From Eledone cirrhosa (lineage: Eukaryota), in contig CAXHJY010001085.1 of NCBI GenBank assembly GCA_964016885.1, forward strand, positions 1-35,675: 35,675 nucleotides of DNA, in the 5' to 3' direction. The translations under genes were made by a program, and so were the position numbers. Position 1 is the stretch's first letter, and every line of letters begins with the position of its first letter. A model generated the notes under the pieces. It saw only the letters and a list, made by a program, of their open reading frames with translations, was not told the origin of the DNA and made no database searches. This document shows positions 1-10,928 of this stretch, one piece after another.

Positions 1-42
1 ATATATATATGTATATATATATGTACGTATGTATATCTATAT

Positions 43-207
43 ATCATCATCATCCTTTTACGTCCGCTTTTCCCTGCTTGCAAGGGTGGGACGGGTCTTA
101 TTCAGCACAGCATCTCTCAACTCGTCACGGTCCCTTGTCATCTCCACCGTGAGCTTCAATGATCTGAGGTCTGTTCTCACCACCTCCGCCCATGTTTTTC
201 GTGGTCT
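43..207 (-). mobile_element. RTE-clade LINE, extreme 3' fragment (family E)
   Basis: Minus strand reads RPRKTWAEVVRTDL...MTRDRDELRDAVLNKTRP, homologous to the C-terminus of the full RTE ORF at 23823-27263, then a terminal stem-loop and (GAT)n tail; TA repeats on both sides. Confidence 0.85.
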
Positions 208-208
208 A

Positions 209-240
<32 letters not shown>

Positions 241-245
<5 letters not shown>

Positions 246-1248
246 GCCCACAAAATACTAGCTCTTTCAACTGCGCAGATGACTCTATAGAAATAGTGGA
301 CAGCTTCCGATACCTGGGTGACAAAATCAGCAGTGGGGGAGGGTGCTCTGAAAGTACAGTAGCTAGAGTCAGAACTGGATGGAAAAAGTTCAGAGAGCTT
401 ATACCACTATTGGCCGTTAAAGGGTTCTCCCTAAAAATGAAAGGCAGGTTGTATGATGCCTGCATACGAACAGCAATGTTGCATGGCAGTGAGACCTGGG
501 CATTGTGTGCAGAGGATATACGCAGACTAGAGAGGAACGAAGCTTGCATGCTCCGCTGGATGTGTAATAGTAATATACGTTAACGGCAAAGCATAAACGA
601 ACTAAGGAAAAAATTAGAAATAAGAGGGATCAGATGTTGTTTACTCGAGAGAAGGCTACATTGGTATGGTCACGTGATGCGCATGAAAGTCGATAGCTGT
701 ATAACAAAGTGCAGGGCAATAAAGATAGACGGTAGCCACGGAATAGGCAGACCTAGAAAAACCTGGGACGAGCTGATAAACTCCGACCTCACACACTTAC
801 ACCTCTCCAAGACAATGTCACTGGACCGAGACCTTTGGCGGTACTCAGTAATAGAGAAGACCCGCCTTACCTAAATACAAAGTAAAACCTACTACAGTCA
901 GTAGGCATCTCTAACAAAATACACCCCCCACCCCACCCCATCCACACCGCCCCCTTCTATGTAAAGTTATGTTGGTCCCACACCATCCAGGCCGAAACAA
1001 ATGAGATCGTGTAGGTGTCACGACAAAAAAACACACAGTCCACGCTGTAATGTGGCCGTGTAGGCAACACGGTAAAAACCTCCCAGACCCACACTGTAAA
1101 TGTGGTTGGTGTTAGGAAGGGCATCCAACTGTAGAAAACCTGCCAGACAGTCCTATGCGAGCAAGACAATCACTCTTGCCTCAAGTCGGAAAACCCCCGT
1201 CCAAACCCATGCAAGCGTGGAACACGGACGTTAAACGTTGATGATGAT
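241..1248 (+). mobile_element. RTE LINE family A, 5'-truncated copy (~1 kb) with premature stop
   Basis: Near-identical to the reverse complement of ~23420-24455; encodes FRYLG...LHGSETW...RLHWYGHVMR...RPRKTW; TAA at 581-583 replaces GAA; 3' UTR and (GAT)n tail followed by (AT)n. Confidence 0.95.
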
Positions 1249-1262
1249 ATATATATATATAT

Positions 1263-2960
1263 AGCCTGATTGATGATGCTTGCAACCAGTTTAGTGCCTA
1301 CGTCCTCTGATGCCTTCAGCATCTCAGCAACTATTCCCGATGGTCCGGCAGCCTTACCATTTTTCATTTCCCTAATCGCCTCTTGGACCCTATATTCGTC
1401 AATCTCAAGAGCTGGTCCCTCTTTTGGATCTACTGAGGGTAATTTCTCTCCCTCCCATTCGTTCTCCACATTCATCAGTCTCTCATAATGACATTTCCAG
1501 GCCTCCTTTTTCTGATCATTCGTGACACTATATCTCAACAACATTCTGATTTGCATTGACACACTGCCTTGCAATGTGGAATACCGCACGCCTCTGATCT
1601 TCCCGTCATAGAACATTGGCAAACCTCCTACTCTCAGCCTCCCTGCGTGCTAAGTACACCTGACGTATAGCTTCTCTCTTAGCGGTTGTATATCCTTCTC
1701 TACTCCCACCCTTTTTCCAAGCCTTCTTTTGTCTCTAATGGTCTTATCTACTGTGTTGTTCCACCATCAGGTCACTCTCTGTCTGGTTGGAGCTCTGCTC
1801 CAGCCACAAGTTTCATCAGTAGCCTGCAGTAAGTTGTCACGTAAGAAATTCCAGTTATTATCTATGTCATACAACTCTAAATCGTCTTCTTTTTCGTCAT
1901 ACACATCTTGAAGGGCTTTCCTAAATTTGTATTTTAGTGAAAGGTCTTTTAGCTTCCAGACCTTTATTTTCCAGACCTTCCTGTATGTCTCATTCCATCT
2001 CTTGCTTACTGAAAGATCACTAACAACTAACCTATGCTGTGGGGCATATTCTTCCCCAGGGTATGCTTTGGTATTTGACACCATCTGCTTCTCCCGCTGC
2101 CTAACTAGTAAGAAGTCAATCTGGCTTATGTGCTCGCCTGATTTGTAGGTTATTAGGTGGATGGCAGGTGTCTGGAAATTAGTGTTGCAAATAGTCAGTG
2201 TACTTGCATCACAGAATTCAAGAAGTCTCACTCCTTCTTCATTTCTTGAGCCGTAACCGTGCTCACCATGTACCCCAGTGTAACCATCCTGGAGCTGTCC
2301 AACATGACCATTGAAGTCCCCTGCTAGCATAACGATGTCTCCGTCCTCTGTCATTGCGGTTGTTTTTAAAAGTTGCTCGTAAAAGCAGTATTTCTCTTCT
2401 TTGCCTAGGCCTGCTTGGGGAGCATAGGCAGAGATGATTGTCAGTAGTCTCCTGCCTACAACTAATCTAAGCTTAATTATTCGATTACTAACTCGAACTA
2501 CCTCTATTGTCTTATCGATCCATCTCTCAGCCAGGAAAATGCCTACTCCCCCTAACCCATCATCCTTACCTACCCAGAAAAGCTTATAGCTAAGACGCTT
2601 GCCTACGACTAGTCTCGCAGAGGCACCTCTCCATCTCACCTCTTGCACGCAGCACACATCCACTTGCCTTCTCTCCAGCTTCTCCGCTATTTCTGCAGAT
2701 CTACCTGTGAGAGTGCCAACATGAAGTGCTGCAACTCTGAGATGCGACGTCTTCATATTTTTGTTCCTATCTACTTGTTGCTGTGCTTATAATGGTTTTG
2801 GCATTGATACACTGGTTGGATGCCCTTCCTAACACCAGCGCCACTTTACAGCATGGACTGGGTGCTTTTATTTGTGCCACCAGCACTAGAGAGGATGTCT
2901 TACTGGACTCATGGGCCCTCTCTACCCTTCCATTTTATAGCATGGTCATAAAAAAAAAAA
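1263..2960 (-). pseudogene. RTE LINE (family C), 5' half: leader, APE endonuclease and linker; decayed and 3'-truncated
   Basis: ORF 1767-2756 has APE motifs (CCVQEVRW, SAYAPQ, GDFNGHVG, SQIDF, QHRLV); TGA replaces W at 1767; further stops and a deletion at 1500-1620; ends after GKAAGPSGIVAEMLK at a TA tract. Confidence 0.9.
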
Positions 2961-3000
2961 CACCACTATATATATACATTTATAATATATATATATATAT

Positions 3001-4243
3001 AGTATAAAAGAGAAAACACAGGTAAGCATTAAGAGAAGGATTTTATCCAGGCATTTACGACCATTTCATTGGTAAGTGCAACCTTATATTGCTATACTGC
3101 AAATAGCAGCCACTCAATTATAATTGTTGTTCACAGTCCAAATTTTCAAAATAGTAAATTACTCTTGAAATAATTCTTAATATATAGAGAAAAACATTTA
3201 TTTGGAATTGTATTTACTAGTATAGAGAGAGAGGAATCTGAAGGTGAGGGGACAAACGGAATAAATAGTATAGAGAGAGAGGAAGGGGGAAGAGGTAGGA
3301 AGTAGAGTGACAAACTGAGATGGAGGGAGTGGTAGAGGTGGAAGGATTCTTTGGTCAGTTTTGATAGCAGACTTCATGTCGTGGAATGTAATGAGTTAAA
3401 GAGAATTAAATTGATCATAGTGGGAGGGATGGATATGGAGGGGGGGGGGGAGATATAAAGAGATATATATATCTCTAAGGCGGGTAAAATTCCCAAGATC
3501 CATGGACGAGTTCTCTCCAGCGGTCTCTGTCCCTCATTATCGCTGCCATGTCCTGCATCTCCAACAGACCAGTGTCTGTCCTGAGGGCATCAACATACGT
3601 TAACCTTGGTCTTCCTCTTCTAGTGTGTCCATGTAGGGCCCTCTATATATATATTAAAGATAAAGATAATAATGACAAAAATAAAAGCAAAGAAGGGGGT
3701 GAGAAAGAAGAAAAGAAAAGATAGCCAAGAAGGGGAGGGAAGGAAGGAAGAAAACGAAGAAATAGAAGAGGGAGATATATGCATTGGTTTTGTGGGTAAT
3801 TAAAAGGGTTTAGATACAACAAGAGGGTATAAAGTTTAAGTATATGTAGTTTGTCAGTTGGTAGTAAGAGGTTCGATTTGTAGTGCAAATACTAGTAAAT
3901 ATAATTCCAAATAAATGTTTTTCTCTATATATTAAGAATTATTTCAAGAGTGACTTACTATTTTGAAAATTTGGACTGTGAACAACAATTATAATTGAGT
4001 GGCTGCTATTTGCAGTATAGCAATATAAGGTTGCACTTACCAATGAAACGGTCGTAAATACCTGGATAAAATCCTTCTCTTAATGCTTACCTGTGTTTTC
4101 TCTTTTATACTTTATACTCCAAGGTTGAACGGAATTCTTACAAACTTGTGGAGTTACCCTTAACCGTACGTTGAAACCATCTATGAAACTGGCTTTCTTA
4201 ACCACGAACTGGATCACAATAAGCAATTTTTTGCTTCTCTAAC
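3001..4243 (+). mobile_element. Asymmetric inverted-repeat element (arms 3001-3222 and 3890-4111, plus a 3' extension to 4243); probable Penelope-like remnant
   Basis: The two ~220-bp arms are near-perfect reverse complements; the right arm runs ~130 nt further before (AT)n, the same layout as the Penelope-like element at 7506-12463. Class assignment is inference. Confidence 0.6.
3475..3642 (-). mobile_element. RTE-like LINE 3' fragment (family F) nested in the inverted-repeat element
   Basis: Manual minus-strand translation: LHGHTRRGRPRLTYVDALRTDTGLLEMQDMAAIMRDRDRWRELVHGSWEFYPP*; typical RTE C-terminus (GRP...DR..WR); short TA runs on both sides. Not in the ORF track. Confidence 0.8.
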
Positions 4244-4256
4244 TATATATATACAT

Positions 4257-4302
<46 letters not shown>

Positions 4303-4306
4303 ATCT

Positions 4307-6107
4307 ATCATCATCATCATCATCATCATCACCGTTTTACGTCCGTTCTTCCACGCTAGCATGGGTTAGACGGGTTGTCCTGTTGTGGGCAGTGTCTGGT
4401 CGGCTGACCATGCCTTGCTCATACAGGAACTGATCTGGCTTGATTTCTACAGCTGGATGCCCTTCCTAACACCAACCTCATTTACAGTGAGTGCTGGGTG
4501 CTTTTTCGTGGCGCCTACACGTCCACTTTACAGTGTGGGCTGGGTGCTTTTTTGCCGTGGCACCTCCACGACCACCTTGCGGTGGGGGGGGGGGGCATAT
4601 TGTTTATATGCTTCAGCATGTACCCATGGGAGGTCGGGTACCCTGTATTACTGCGTGACGCCAGAAGTCACGGTCGTGTGTCATTGACTTTGAGAGGTGT
4701 AGTTGGGTAAGGTCGGCTTTTATCACCTCATCCCAAGTCATCTTGGGTCTCCCCACTCCGCGGTTTCCATCAACTTCTAGTGCTCTGCACCTTTTTATGC
4801 AGCTGTCATCCTTCATACGCATCACATGTCCATACCAGCGTAACCGCCTCTCCTGCACGCAGCATTTGATTCCTCTTATGCTCAGTCTCTCTCTCAATTC
4901 ATTTATGCTTTGTCGTTCACGTATATTACTGTTACACATCCATCGGAGCATGCAGGCTTCGTTTCTCTCTAATCTACGTAGGTCTTCCACCTTCAGCGCC
5001 CAGGTCTCACTACCATGCAACATCGCTGTTCGGATACACGCATCATACAGTCTGCCTTTCATTCTGAGGGAGAAGCCTTTTGCAGCTAGCAGTGGTAGTA
5101 GTTCCCTAAACTTCTTCCATCCCGTTCTTACCCTAGTTATTGTACTTTCTGAGCACCCACCTCCGTTGCTAATTCGGTCACCTAGGTAGCAGAAGCTGTC
5201 TACTGTTTCTACAGGGCCCTCCCAGAGATTGGTGGTACTTGTTTCCTGTGGCTGTTTGCTTGCTGTTTCAGCACAGCTGCTGCATGTGAATCCTACATTC
5301 TTAATTAAGCTTCCTGAGATCCCGCTACATCTCTTGTGTACCCATTGTTTGCATTTGGGGCAAAGAATGGAGTTCCTACCTACACCTTTCCTACATACTG
5401 AGCAAGGCCATTTCCCTGAGGGGATCTGGGTTCTGTTTTCTCGTCTACTTATAAGGACCTTAGTCTTTGTCATGTTGACTTTGAGGCCCTTTCTCTCTAG
5501 TCCCTGCTTCCAGGTTTGGAATTTATTCTCTAGTTCTACCATAGATTCAGCTATGAGTGCGAGGTCATCAGCATACAGGAGTTCCCATGGGCATCCGGTC
5601 TTAAACTCCTCCGTTATTGCCTGCAGGACTATGATGAACAGGAGAGGGCTAAGAACAGAGCCCTGGTGGACCCCAACCTGTACGCTAAATTCCTCGCTAT
5701 ACTCATTGCCAATCCTAACTTTGCTGACTGCTCCCCTATACATGGCTTGTACCGCTTTCACAAGCCATTCATCTACTCCTAGTTTTCTAAGAGCCCACCA
5801 GATTACTGCACGTGGAACTCTGTCAAAGGCTTTCTCAAGGTCGACAAATGCCAAGTAGAGTGGCTTACTTTTAGCTAGGTACTTTTCCTGTAATTGCCTC
5901 ACAAGGAAGAGCGCATCAGTGGTGCCTTTCCCTGGAACAAACCCAAATTGCATCTCGTCTATATTCACCCGGTCCCTAATCAGCTGTGCTATAACTCTTT
6001 CTGTTACTTTCATGACCTGGTCCATCAACTTTATACCTCTATAGTTTCCTCTATCTAGTGCATCGCCTTTACCTTTGTAGCAGTTGACAATGATGCTACT
6101 GCACCAA
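4307..6107 (-). mobile_element. RTE LINE family B, 5'-truncated copy (~1.8 kb)
   Basis: (GAT)n tail at ~4307-4331 next to a TA tract, 3' UTR, and an uninterrupted RT frame up to [12 protein letters not shown] at ~6106. Confidence 0.95.
4613..6106 (-). CDS. RTE reverse transcriptase (partial) with embedded PHD-type finger
   Basis: [31 protein letters not shown] motifs; CSVC...CPKC...HKRC...CSSC at ~5273-5410. Confidence 0.92.
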   Translation of the reverse strand, partial: WCSSIIVNCYKGKGDALDRGNYRGIKLMDQVMKVTERVIAQLIRDRVNIDEMQFGFVPGKGTTDALFLVRQLQEKYLAKSKPLYLAFVDLEKAFDRVPRAVIWWALRKLGVDEWLVKAVQAMYRGAVSKVRIGNEYSEEFSVQVGVHQGSVLSPLLFIIVLQAITEEFKTGCPWELLYADDLALIAESMVELENKFQTWKQGLERKGLKVNMTKTKVLISRRENRTQIPSGKWPCSVCRKGVGRNSILCPKCKQWVHKRCSGISGSLIKNVGFTCSSCAETASKQPQETSTTNLWEGPVETVDSFCYLGDRISNGGGCSESTITRVRTGWKKFRELLPLLAAKGFSLRMKGRLYDACIRTAMLHGSETWALKVEDLRRLERNEACMLRWMCNSNIRERQSINELRERLSIRGIKCCVQERRLRWYGHVMRMKDDSCIKRCRALEVDGNRGVGRPKMTWDEVIKADLTQLHLSKSMTHDRDFWRHAVIQGTRPPMGTC

Positions 6108-6121
6108 TATATATATATAAT

Positions 6122-7082
6122 AATAGTGGACAGCTTCCGTTACCTGGGTGACAAAATCAGCAGTGGGGGAGGGTGCTCTGAAAGTACAGTAGCTAGAGTC
6201 AGAACTGGATGGAAAAAGTTCAGAGAGCTTATACCACTATTAGCCACTAAAGGGTTCTCCCTAAAAATGAAAGGCAGGTTGTATGATGCCTGCATACGAA
6301 CAGCAATGTTGCATGGCAGTGAGACCTGGGCATTGTGCGCAGAGGATATACGCAGACTAGAGAGGAACGAAGCTTGCATGCTCCGCTGGATGTGTAATAG
6401 TAACATACGTGAACGGCAAAGCATAAGCGAACTAAGGAAAAAATTAGAAATAAGAGGGATCAGATGTTGTTTACTCGAGAGAAGGCTACGTTGGTATGGG
6501 CACGTGATGCGCATGAAAGACGACAGCTGTATAACAAAGTGCAGTGCAATAAAGATAGACGGTAGCTACGGAGTAGGCAGACCCAGAAAAACCTGGGACG
6601 AGCTGATAAATTCCGACCTCACACACTTACACCTCTCCAAGACAATGTCACTGGACCGAGACCTTTGGCGGTACTCAGTATTAGAGAAGACCCGCCTTAC
6701 CTAAATACAAAGTAAAACCTACTAGAGTCAGTAGGCACCTCTAACAAAATACACCCCTGTCCCACCCCATCCACACCGCCCCTTTCAATGTAAAGTTATG
6801 TTGGTGCCACAACATCCAGGCCGAAACAAATGAGATCGTGTAGGTGTCACGATAAAAAAAAACACACAGTCCACGCTGTAATGTGGCCGTGTAGGCAACA
6901 CGGTAAAAACCTCCCAGTCCCACACTGTAAATGTGGTTGGTGTTAGGAAGGGCATCCAGCTGTAGAAAACCCGCCAGACAGTCCTATGCAAGCAAGACAA
7001 TCACTCTTGCCTCAAGTGGGAAAACCCCCGTCCAAGCCCATGCAAGCGTGGAACACGAACGTTAAACGTTGATGATGATGAT
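6122..7082 (+). mobile_element. RTE LINE family A, 5'-truncated copy
   Basis: Highly similar direct repeat of ~293-1248; open frame to TAA at 6704; (GAT)n tail followed by (AT)n. Confidence 0.95.
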
Positions 7083-7094
7083 ATATATATATAT

Positions 7095-7505
<411 letters not shown>

Positions 7506-7506
<1 letters not shown>

Positions 7507-8163
7507 TAATAAATAAATAACAAAGAACGCTTATAGCATATGCATATCTTTACTTGCTAACATTGTTTCATCCGCACTATAAGTGGGACTCATCAGAGCA
7601 TAAAGGTTAATTACATACCATACAAGCAATAACAAATTCAAGACATTGAAGAATGAAAGGTAATAATAGACGATAGAGGATAAGAATAAAAATAAAAATA
7701 AAAATAAAAGTAAAAATAAAAATAAAAATAAGGGGTGCTATCAGTCACAGTTGGGCGGGGTGCTGTCAATATATAGTTACATACAAGCATACACATGGAT
7801 AAGAGAACAGACAAGAGTAGACACATGGATAAGAGAACAGACAAGAGTAGATAAGATAATGGGATTAGGTAAGAGTAGGTAAAAAATAGGTAAAAAATAG
7901 GTGAAAAACAGACTTATAATATATATAAAAAGAAATACAAAGAAATACATAACAAACTTACATATAAAATATAAAATATAGGGTAAGGAATGAGATAAAA
8001 TAATATAAAATTAAAAATTAAAAATTATATACATAGAACATAATATAGTATAATCGTAAAATAAGATAAAATAAGGTAAACTAAAATCAAATAACATAGA
8101 CTAAATTAAAATAATATAATATAAGATATAATTAAATGTATAATTAAATGTAATTAAATGTAA

Positions 8164-8199
<36 letters not shown>

Positions 8200-8261
8200 A
8201 AATTAAATAAATAAATAAAATTTAAATTTAAATTTTAAAATTTTAAAATTAAAATTAAAAT

Positions 8262-8297
<36 letters not shown>

Positions 8298-8972
8298 ATG
8301 GAGTCAAGTAAGTAAATAAATAAAATTAGATAACATGAAATGAAATAAAATAAAATGAAATAAAGTAAATTGAGATAAGATATATATTTTTTTAGAATAT
8401 ATCTCTTGAATATATCAGGGGCCCACGAAGGCACTAAATGTCACAGTTATGTGTATCACTTGACCAATTTTTTAAAATATATTTCTTGAAAACATCAGGG
8501 GCCCACGAAGGCACTAAGTGTCACAGTCACCAGTATCACTTGACCATTGCAAGGCAATGGAGGCGTCCCAGGTTGGGCAGTCTCGAAAGTTCACTCGAAA
8601 GTCATGGGTGTGCATTCACACAGTTGAGCGGTGGGGTAATCACAAACCGGTTCACACACGGGCAGGAGTCAAATGGTCAGAGAGAGGTACATCGAAGGAG
8701 GTAGAAGAATTCACATGCATTAGCAAGCGAGGTGAGGTTAAAGCAAGCAGACACAGTTGTAGCGCATACAAAATATATATAAAAAGACAGAAGATATATA
8801 AAAAAAATAGCTTCAAGAGCCATTAAGTCACCGCATTGGGACATCACAAGATTGTACACATCAATATGTTCAGCACGTATACACACCACATGCATATGCA
8901 GAGACGGTATACATATATATATATATATGTTTTTTTATATATACACAGACACATATAACCACCTACACCCAT
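7506..8972 (-). repeat. Inverted (left) pseudo-LTR
   Basis: Reverse complement of 10929-12371; the ORF track gives identical 88-aa and near-identical 102-aa translations on opposite strands; differences are mostly microsatellite unit counts. Confidence 0.95.
7548..7605 (-). ncRNA. Minimal type I hammerhead ribozyme (left pLTR copy)
   Basis: Exact reverse complement of 12271-12328. Confidence 0.82.
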
Positions 8973-10122
8973 GGTGACTGTGACACTCGACCAATCGCAG
9001 GCTGATTACTATAACGACGCCTTAGCTAGATCCGGCTTTAGGGACAAATTGTATTACACCCAGGGAAATAATGGTCCTAATAGTAGCTCTACCAGTGTTG
9101 TTATAACACATAATATGTCCATTGGTAATCGAGGTGTCGCGAATGGGAGGGTTCTAAATGCCGGTGGAATGAAACAGCAGGGCACCATTAGTCTAAGTAA
9201 TAACAATAGAGGTGTCGTGAACGGGAGGTTTCTAGATGCCGGTGGAATGAACCAGCAGGGCACCATTGGTATAAGTAATAGCAATGGTGGGCCTCGCAGC
9301 TCCCCGCATAGACTAGGTGAGCATAGGAACCGTAGAAATAATAATGCTAATAATACTGATGGAAATAGAAAGAATAAAAAGAATAGAAGAAGATTGAATA
9401 CATACTTCAACCCCCCTTTTAATTCTGAAGTGGCTACAAATATTCCTAGGGCCTTCTTCTCTGTGCTAGAACGGAACTTCCCTCCTGGTAATAGGTACCA
9501 CTCTATCCTCAATAAGAATGTTGTTAAACTTTCGTATTCTACAACCCAAAATCTGGCCTCTCATCTGGCCATTACTAATAATAAGAAAATAAAGGAAGGC
9601 CTGGACAACCTAAGCCTAGGGGAAAACACGGTAGTGGATAGAGTGGGCAGTAACACTGGTGGTGATCTTTCTGAGAATAGCATCACCAGAGGTTGTAACT
9701 GTAGAAGGGCTTCAGGCTGCCCCCTGAATGGTTTCTGCCTTGTTAGAAACATAGTTTATGCGTGTGATGTGGTAACTACGGCGTCCACTATGACCTATAT
9801 AGGATCAACTTCCACCCCCTTTAAGACCAGGTTTAACTCTCATCAATGCACTTTTAGACATAATAAACTGAAGAACTCCACCTCCTTGGCAGCGTACGTC
9901 CATAATTTAAAAAATGCACGAACACCTTACACACTTACTTGGCGGCAGGTTGCTAAATCCCATCCATATACTCCTCATAGTAGAGTATGCAACCTGTACC
10001 TTGCCGAATCCCACTCTATTATATTTGCTAAATGCCCTCTACTAAATAGAAAGTCTGAAATTTTTTCCTCTTGCCCCCACCGAATATTAAGCTCTTTCTT
10101 CTACTTTAAACCTGTTAGCTAG
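8971..10122 (+). CDS. Penelope-like ORF, C-terminal part: RT thumb end, linker and GIY-YIG endonuclease (Naiad-like)
   Basis: YYNDALARSGF thumb remnant; FNPPF...TNI...KLSYS linker; CNC-x5-CP-x4-C cluster; NIVY-x12-YIGST...FKTRFNSH GIY-YIG core; C-terminal CNLYLAE...LLNRKSEIFSSCPHR. No RT catalytic motifs. Confidence 0.9.
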   Translation: MVTVTLDQSQADYYNDALARSGFRDKLYYTQGNNGPNSSSTSVVITHNMSIGNRGVANGRVLNAGGMKQQGTISLSNNNRGVVNGRFLDAGGMNQQGTIGISNSNGGPRSSPHRLGEHRNRRNNNANNTDGNRKNKKNRRRLNTYFNPPFNSEVATNIPRAFFSVLERNFPPGNRYHSILNKNVVKLSYSTTQNLASHLAITNNKKIKEGLDNLSLGENTVVDRVGSNTGGDLSENSITRGCNCRRASGCPLNGFCLVRNIVYACDVVTTASTMTYIGSTSTPFKTRFNSHQCTFRHNKLKNSTSLAAYVHNLKNARTPYTLTWRQVAKSHPYTPHSRVCNLYLAESHSIIFAKCPLLNRKSEIFSSCPHRILSSFFYFKPVS

Positions 10123-10928
10123 CACGTCCTTATTCCTCCAGTTGGGCTGTCTTGTGTAACTGTCTCTGACTGAGTGTAACTGTCTCCTAATGTTGGTCGT
10201 CTATGTATACGAGTCTGTGAATGTATACGTATGCCTGTGGGAGGATATTGATCTTGATATTGGGGTGTGCAGGGGAGTGTATGTTAATAAGCACCCCTGT
10301 TTGGTACAGTGGATGTAACCCATCCACGCTGGCCTACCCACCATTAGTGCATTGGTGGACCGATCCTGACGTATATCTTGTTGATCTGTACCTCTGTATG
10401 CGCATGAGTTGTGATGTAATGTATTTATGTAAAGCGTGTACTGTGATTTAGGCTGCACTAGTAGAAATTTAGCCTGTAACTGGGGGCGGACCCGTGCCAT
10501 CCTGCCGTAAGCAGTGGATACGTGGCGCATATACGTGTTGCCCTCATATTCTGTGGTTCAAGATCTACAGGCTGACCTCTGGGAGCTCTTACCCGGGGTT
10601 GTAGTCTTTCTAGCACGATCGGCCTTCCATATATTGACGGTCGTTTTTATGATCCCGAAAGTAACGTTTTGGCCCTCCGTAGTTACTAACGGTCTGTGTA
10701 CACTCGAATCGGTCAATGGCACGTGCAGACATGAATATCTCCGTAGGATTTCAACTTTATTTTAATACATCTCATCGTATGTATTTGTTTTGAATATATT
10801 ACCTGTGGTGGTGGGTCTGGTCTAATGTGGTATTTCGGTGTTTAATATCGTATTTAATATCGGCTTTGACCCGGGTGTCCTACGCTGTGTGTGTGTGCGT
10901 GTGTGTCCGTGTATACATTTATATGTGT

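Noticed and set aside
4743-5858. Antisense ORFs over RT regions (also 24013-24828, 15266-15712, 33555-34067)
   Set aside because: Shadow frames of LINE coding sequence.
8438-8895. Short ORFs duplicated at 10827-11473
   Set aside because: They repeat only because they lie in the inverted pLTRs; no recognisable motifs.
8971-10122. Selenocysteine recoding as reported for some Naiad Penelope-like elements
   Set aside because: No in-frame TGA in the retained ORF; the Cys cluster uses TGT/TGC. The missing RT part cannot be assessed.
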